Source: an uncultured Chthoniobacteraceae bacterium
GTDB taxonomy: Bacteria; Verrucomicrobiota; Verrucomicrobiia; Chthoniobacterales; CAKUMP01
DNA length: 64,000 bases
Direction of reading: 5' to 3'
NCBI GenBank assembly: GCA_965365475.1
Contig: CBDUBV010000001.1
Coordinates: 19,399-83,398, forward strand
In this document: piece after piece, positions 58,208-64,000 of the stretch
How the letters are laid out: each line of letters opens with the position of its first letter
Numbering within the stretch: position 1 is the stretch's first letter
Translations under genes and position numbers: made by a program
The notes under the pieces: model-generated
Told to the model about the DNA's origin: nothing
The model's input: the letters and a program-made list of their open reading frames with translations, nothing else
Database searches by the model: none

Positions 58208-60150
58208 AAAGTTTATTGCAAAAGGCATTCCGCTACCTGCCTTCGGAGCGGGTCGCGCGGAGGCTGTGGATATTTCTGTCTGTGCTTTTGCTGGCACTGG
58301 TAATCTTCCTGATCGATGCCAAAAATCCGTGGCACCGGCAGATTACGGAACGCGTGTCTGCGGGCGAAGCATTGCGGGTCAAGGAATTCATCATCATCGG
58401 TCTATGGTGGGCTGCGATGATCAATGCGTTGATTACAGCATTTCTGCTGGTCAGCTTCCGCTGGTGGTCGCGCACAATCGTCTCCCACCAGCAGGTCGTG
58501 CCCTGGCTCACTGCGGGAAAAAAAGCCCGCATGGCGTGGTGTGCGGCCATCCTCGGCGCGATGGTGCTCTGCCTCATCGTCTCCTGGCCACGCATGTTCC
58601 TTAGCCTATGGGGCGATGAAGGCTACAGCATGCGGCAGGTCATTGTGGGCAATTACAAGCAACTCGATGACGGGACAGTGGAGCTGCGCCGACTAAGTCT
58701 GGCGGAAAATCTTTGGACATACAAAGGGCCCAACAACCATTTTCTTTTCACCATCCCAGCGCGGCTGGCACATGATATCTGGCGCAAGTTTTTTTACGCA
58801 GACGAATTGGAGTTCAACGAGTTCGCCCTTCGCGTTCCTCCGCTGTTGGCCGGGCTTTTTGCCATACCTGCTCTTGCTTTATTGCTTGCTCGCATGGGGT
58901 TCGGCATGGCGGGCGTATTGGCAGCGTATTTCTGCTCGATCCACCCGTGGTTTATCAAATACGCCAGTGAAGCGCGCGGCTACTCCATGGTCCTCCTGTT
59001 TGCCGCGTTGGCGTGTTACAGCCTGCTGGAAGCCATTCGCACCACGCGGCTGCGGTGGTGGCTGGCATTTGCATTTTGCAATTTCTGCATCATGTATGCC
59101 TACCCGGCAGCCCTGTATCTGGCTTGCACGCTGGGTCTCGCCGCAGCGGTCATGATCTTGACGAACTGCGGATGGTCAGCCTCCGCATGGGGGCAATGTG
59201 TGCGCTTGGGTTTGAGCAGCGTGCTTTCCGCCATGCTCTATCTGCAACTCGTCGCGCCTGCCGTGCCGCAGATGCTTCTCTGGTTGCAGCGCGACCGCGC
59301 CCGGGGAGTGCAAGATTTTGTCTGGGTCCGCGATTTCTGGGCGCAATTAACCACTGGGATGGCCTGGAAAGAGTGGGCCACCGATAATCCCCTCGCCCAC
59401 ACAGTGCAGGATTTGCAAGCCTCCGAGCCCACACTGTACCTATTTGTGCTCCTCGTCCTACCTGCGCTTGCTTTGCTCGGGCTGCTGCGACTGTGCCTCT
59501 CACATCGCAACCATGCAGCCATCGCAGGCGCCTTCGTTCTGGCACCTGTGCTCGGCTTTTACCAGGCCGCGATGTCTGGCAACGTGCTGTATATCTGGTA
59601 TCTCATCTATGCATTGCCCGCGCTGATTGCGTTTGTGGCACTGGCGCTGGACTGGGGCGGGCATCTATTAAAAAAGCATCCGCGCTGGGGTTCAGCTACA
59701 GCATTTGTCCTTTTCGCTGCCTTCTATATACCTGCCACCGCAGCGCAAATGCAAACCTTGCGCACCCACCCCATCGAGCCCCAGCGCGATTCTGTTCAGC
59801 TCACCAGGCCTACGCTCAATCCCTATGCGCTTGAAAATAAAAACATCATCACAGCAACCGTGGCGTTCGGCACCAAGATGTATGACGCCCTGCAAATCGA
59901 GTTGGAATCGGCGGATCAACTGCGGGAACTGATGGCTGAGGCAGATCGCACCGGGAAACCTTTGTTCATTAATTTCGGCAGCGAAAACTTTTCCCGCCAT
60001 GTCGCTCCCGAAACCGTGCAAATCATCGAACAAAGCGGCGCATTCACATTGGTGCAGCGGCTTTACGGCATGGATGTGCAGAACACACGAGTGGTCTATC
60101 GCTATACCGGCAACAAGCCTGACACATCCAGTCCGATCTTGAACGAATAA
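58204..60150 (+). CDS. GT-C-fold polytopic membrane glycosyltransferase-like protein, paralog 3
   Basis: 648 aa. The GTG start overlaps the upstream stop (GTGA). SLWGDEGY, NNHFLFT, LRVPPLLAG, IHPWFIKYASEARGY. Confidence 0.7.
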   Translation: MKSLLQKAFRYLPSERVARRLWIFLSVLLLALVIFLIDAKNPWHRQITERVSAGEALRVKEFIIIGLWWAAMINALITAFLLVSFRWWSRTIVSHQQVVPWLTAGKKARMAWCAAILGAMVLCLIVSWPRMFLSLWGDEGYSMRQVIVGNYKQLDDGTVELRRLSLAENLWTYKGPNNHFLFTIPARLAHDIWRKFFYADELEFNEFALRVPPLLAGLFAIPALALLLARMGFGMAGVLAAYFCSIHPWFIKYASEARGYSMVLLFAALACYSLLEAIRTTRLRWWLAFAFCNFCIMYAYPAALYLACTLGLAAAVMILTNCGWSASAWGQCVRLGLSSVLSAMLYLQLVAPAVPQMLLWLQRDRARGVQDFVWVRDFWAQLTTGMAWKEWATDNPLAHTVQDLQASEPTLYLFVLLVLPALALLGLLRLCLSHRNHAAIAGAFVLAPVLGFYQAAMSGNVLYIWYLIYALPALIAFVALALDWGGHLLKKHPRWGSATAFVLFAAFYIPATAAQMQTLRTHPIEPQRDSVQLTRPTLNPYALENKNIITATVAFGTKMYDALQIELESADQLRELMAEADRTGKPLFINFGSENFSRHVAPETVQIIEQSGAFTLVQRLYGMDVQNTRVVYRYTGNKPDTSSPILNE

Positions 60151-61305
<1,155 letters not shown>

Positions 61306-61403
61306 CCTGCTTGGTTCGGGCAGGTGGGATGGTATGCAAATAGCTTCCGAGCCCGCATCTTACGCACGTTTTCCACCATTTGAAAGCAGGACTGAGATTT
61401 CGC

Positions 61404-62798
61404 TCATAAGCCATGTTGAGCAAAGTATCCTCGCACTCGCTGGAGCAAGGTGCGGCTCTTCTGCGCGGATAGTTTGCTCTTATGCTTTACCTTTTCTCTC
61501 GCATCCGTTCTGAACTTGGCCAGCTCGGCTTTGACAGCAGCCAGCTCGCTGATTAGCTCCTGAGTTTTTCGCGCCGAGTTCTGCTTCCGCTCTTCTCGTT
61601 TTATCGCTGCTTGGTTTTTTTCCTCCGCCTGCTTTTGTTCCGCCAAAGACCGCAGCGCGTCTGAGTTTTTCTGTGCCCATGCGATGTGCGGAGTCGAAAT
61701 GCGCGCCCAACATTCTGCTACCGCACCTGCGGGAATCACCCCCGTTGGCAGCCGCAAGCACTCTCCTGGTGCCTGGTGGAGGCTGTCCATGGGCAGTTTG
61801 GAAAGATAAAGATGCATCCTGAGAAAATCTGCGGCAGCAATGGACGGATCGTAATCTTGAAGCGAAGCTTTCATCGCAATGGCATGCTCGTAGAGAGCGA
61901 GCAGGTTTGTCATCGTGGCCGAGAGAGTCGCTTCTTCGCGGATGCGTCGGCTCACTTCTCCGGCATCCTGCGCATCGTATTTGGCGATTTGCTCGCTGAA
62001 ATGTTCGACAGTCAGCGGATAGGTCATGGAGCGATAACCAAAATTTAACGGACGCAATTCATTAAAATTTTCCGTGCGGACCAGTTGTCCCGCTCCAAAA
62101 TGTTCGGCCTGCACCACTGCGCACCCGACGGCGAGAGCCTCGATCGCGGTGCGGGCTTTGGCAAACACGAGATCGAACTGCGGCAGGAGTTGCTCCACGT
62201 TTTCCACCCTGCCACCCAGATTCGCACCAGCCGTGCTCAGCTCGATGCCATGCAATGCACACGCGCTGGAGATGGCCGCAAAAGCAGGATGCTGCGGATT
62301 GAGATTATTGCTGAGCAGCAGTGCTTTTCTGGGCTTTGCGGGAAGTGGAGTGCGGGGCTGATATTTCCTCTCGTCGTAATGATTCAAGAGGACCGTCACC
62401 CTGTCGGGGTCGATCTGCTCGTCTTCCACAAGGCGCCGATGGCATGCATAATCCACTGCCACCCAATGCACGACGTTGGGCAATTTGCAGGCGTTTTCCT
62501 GCCAGGCTTCGGGCCCGTGACAGAAGGAGACCACGGGCACGGTCCGGTAGGTCATGGCAGCCAGTGTGGTCTCGATGATGTGTTGACCATGAATGACATC
62601 TGGCTGTCTGGGCAGAGCCCGCAAATCATCGCTCACGGGTATGCCCAAAGATTTAAGCCGCTCCGATAGCGGACCACACGTGAGGCTGAAGCATGCCACA
62701 TCGTGTCCCGCCGCGTGGAGCGCTTCCGCTATTTCGCATAGATACAGCTCGCTGCCTGTGCGCGTACTGATCTGATTGTTTGTAAGCAGGATGCGCAT
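61404..62798 (-). CDS. GT-B (GT4-like) glycosyltransferase with K/E/A-rich coiled-coil C-terminal extension
   Basis: MRILLTNNQISTRTGSELYLCEIAEALHAAGHDV (GT4-type N-terminus). The last ~95 aa are charged helical (..EQKQAEEKNQAAIKREERKQNSARKTQELISELAAVKAELAKF..). Confidence 0.7.
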   Translation of the reverse strand: MRILLTNNQISTRTGSELYLCEIAEALHAAGHDVACFSLTCGPLSERLKSLGIPVSDDLRALPRQPDVIHGQHIIETTLAAMTYRTVPVVSFCHGPEAWQENACKLPNVVHWVAVDYACHRRLVEDEQIDPDRVTVLLNHYDERKYQPRTPLPAKPRKALLLSNNLNPQHPAFAAISSACALHGIELSTAGANLGGRVENVEQLLPQFDLVFAKARTAIEALAVGCAVVQAEHFGAGQLVRTENFNELRPLNFGYRSMTYPLTVEHFSEQIAKYDAQDAGEVSRRIREEATLSATMTNLLALYEHAIAMKASLQDYDPSIAAADFLRMHLYLSKLPMDSLHQAPGECLRLPTGVIPAGAVAECWARISTPHIAWAQKNSDALRSLAEQKQAEEKNQAAIKREERKQNSARKTQELISELAAVKAELAKFRTDAREKVKHKSKLSAQKSRTLLQRVRGYFAQHGL

Positions 62799-62801
62799 GC
62801 G

Positions 62802-63605
62802 CTATTCCCCGGCCCAGGAATAAAGCGCTTCCGCCAGTGGTCTTATGTGTTCCGCGTGCGTGATCAGATCGCGATAGTGCCCTTGCTCGATCTGTTTGCG
62901 TCCGTAGGTTTCGTAGAATGGGGGTGCGGGTTCATCCCATGTGAGCCCCTCGGAGCCTTGCGCGGGGATGAGCATTTCGACTCTGAAAGCCGCTTCCCCA
63001 TATTGTGAGATGAGTCGCTCTACCTCGGAAGCAAGTGCGGGGTATGCGGTGAGCGCGACCTGCCGTTTGCGTGCGAATTGCTCATCGCTCATTTCAATGT
63101 GGATGGCATCTTTCACGCTGCCAGGCTTGAGCATCTGTTCCAAGGGGAATTGCAAATTTTTCATTGCTCGTCCTGTACTCTTTCTAACCTTCTGAACAGC
63201 GGCATTGATTATGGCCCTGCATAAATCGTGGGTAGGACTAAAGCCCTCGAGCATGTCGCCAGCGACAGTCTCAATCCCGGCATCGGACCAGGATGCAGCC
63301 AGCCGTTCTGCAATTTCGATAAACGGCGCGGGAGAGCGTTGCAGTATGAATTCATAGAATTGTCTATCGGAGAAACTCCCCTGATAGCAGCCCAGACGTG
63401 CGCCTGCGTTGTGAATGACGTCCGCAGTAAGGTAAAAACGCGAAGGGCGCCCTGGCCCTGAGCCATCCGTAAACACATCCACCAGCGGTTTCACACGATA
63501 CATCCATTCCAACACACGCATTTCGTGGCCCGGATGCCCGATGCACAATGCCGTGCGTTCCTGGCCCGATGCAGCAGCGTCGAAAGTGTGAGCATCCATC
63601 ATCAT
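62802..63605 (-). CDS. LmbE/PIG-L-like protein with variant metal motif (HPGHE instead of HPDDE)
   Basis: ALCIGHPGHEMRVLEW...VDVFTDGSG parallels the PIG-L pattern [AS]HPDDE...TDG. Start set at the MMM cluster (63599-63605). The 105 aa upstream in the ORF track look non-coding. Confidence 0.45.
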   Translation of the reverse strand: MMMDAHTFDAAASGQERTALCIGHPGHEMRVLEWMYRVKPLVDVFTDGSGPGRPSRFYLTADVIHNAGARLGCYQGSFSDRQFYEFILQRSPAPFIEIAERLAASWSDAGIETVAGDMLEGFSPTHDLCRAIINAAVQKVRKSTGRAMKNLQFPLEQMLKPGSVKDAIHIEMSDEQFARKRQVALTAYPALASEVERLISQYGEAAFRVEMLIPAQGSEGLTWDEPAPPFYETYGRKQIEQGHYRDLITHAEHIRPLAEALYSWAGE

Positions 63606-63750
63606 GCGGGAGATTTTACTTAAACGGCTCAGGTCCGCCACAAGAAAAAGATTGGCCTGGATCGAACTTCGGACCGATGTCCCATGGCAGAGACTTGCAA
63701 TCCCATCGCTGCGATGGTTTTTTCGGTTTACACCATTTTTACTCACGCAA

Positions 63751-64000
63751 TTGATCACGTTTTTAGTCCTCGTCCCCGAGAAAGATGACCTGGCATGCTC
63801 GCCATGTGCGCATTCAATCGAGCTTCTGCAGACGCTCGTTACCGGCGGGCAGGTTCTGCTCATCGCCAAGGAACCCGGCGCGGCTATTTCAGGATGCGAC
63901 TGGTTGACTCCGCACTGCATGCTGCTTGATCACGTATTGGATACAGCAGCAAGCGTGGCACAGCACGATGTGTGGTGCATCGTGGATGCAAGAGTCTCCA
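63751..64000 (+). CDS. partial ORF running off window (possible glycosyltransferase N-terminus)
   Basis: Frame is open from 63592 to the window end. Reads ..(L)ITFLVLVPEKDDLACSPCAHSIELLQTLVTGGQVLLIAKEP.. The start is uncertain (TTG 63751 or ATG 63604). It is not in the ORF track because there is no stop in the window. Confidence 0.3.
   Translation, partial: MITFLVLVPEKDDLACSPCAHSIELLQTLVTGGQVLLIAKEPGAAISGCDWLTPHCMLLDHVLDTAASVAQHDVWCIVDARVS

Overview
This is a GC-rich chromosomal window with about 48 protein-coding genes. I found no rRNA, tRNA, CRISPR array, transposase or integrase. Several features suggest a Verrucomicrobiota-like organism, though this is inference only: two PEP-CTERM tails, a 'TFWVGGNSGTWG' N-terminal motif, a formylglycine-type sulfatase, and a 2070-aa secreted multidomain protein.

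Housekeeping genes are interspersed throughout: nuoB(C), parB, tkt, two DEAD-box helicases, glgC, glmS, lnt and leuB.

Three accessory blocks stand out:
1. 8.9-20.3 kb is a carbohydrate locus. It holds a XylR/AraC-type regulator, pirin, DUF1593, a sulfatase, an uncharacterised 844-aa protein, an AraA/FucI-type isomerase, and a GPH symporter with a ~210-aa loop insertion.
2. 31.2-45.3 kb is a long minus-strand array. It runs PQQ-propeller, GH2, GH10, the 2070-aa secreted protein, a URO-D-like enzyme, two NTF2/SnoaL-like proteins and a small secreted protein.
3. 48.5-60.2 kb is the most interesting block. Apolipoprotein N-acyltransferase (lnt), a soluble GT2 polyprenol-phosphate-sugar-synthase-like enzyme and three paralogous GT-C-type polytopic membrane proteins surround a sequon-rich PEP-CTERM protein and an APC-USP permease. 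I read this as a candidate, apparently undescribed, envelope protein/lipoprotein glycosylation system. It resembles the actinobacterial Lnt-Ppm1-Pmt linkage.

Other oddities are a frameshifted PEP-CTERM gene, an inverted pair of triple 10-bp tandem repeats, and a DEAD-box helicase with a DEMD motif II.

All functional calls come from reading motifs in the supplied translations. No database search was run.
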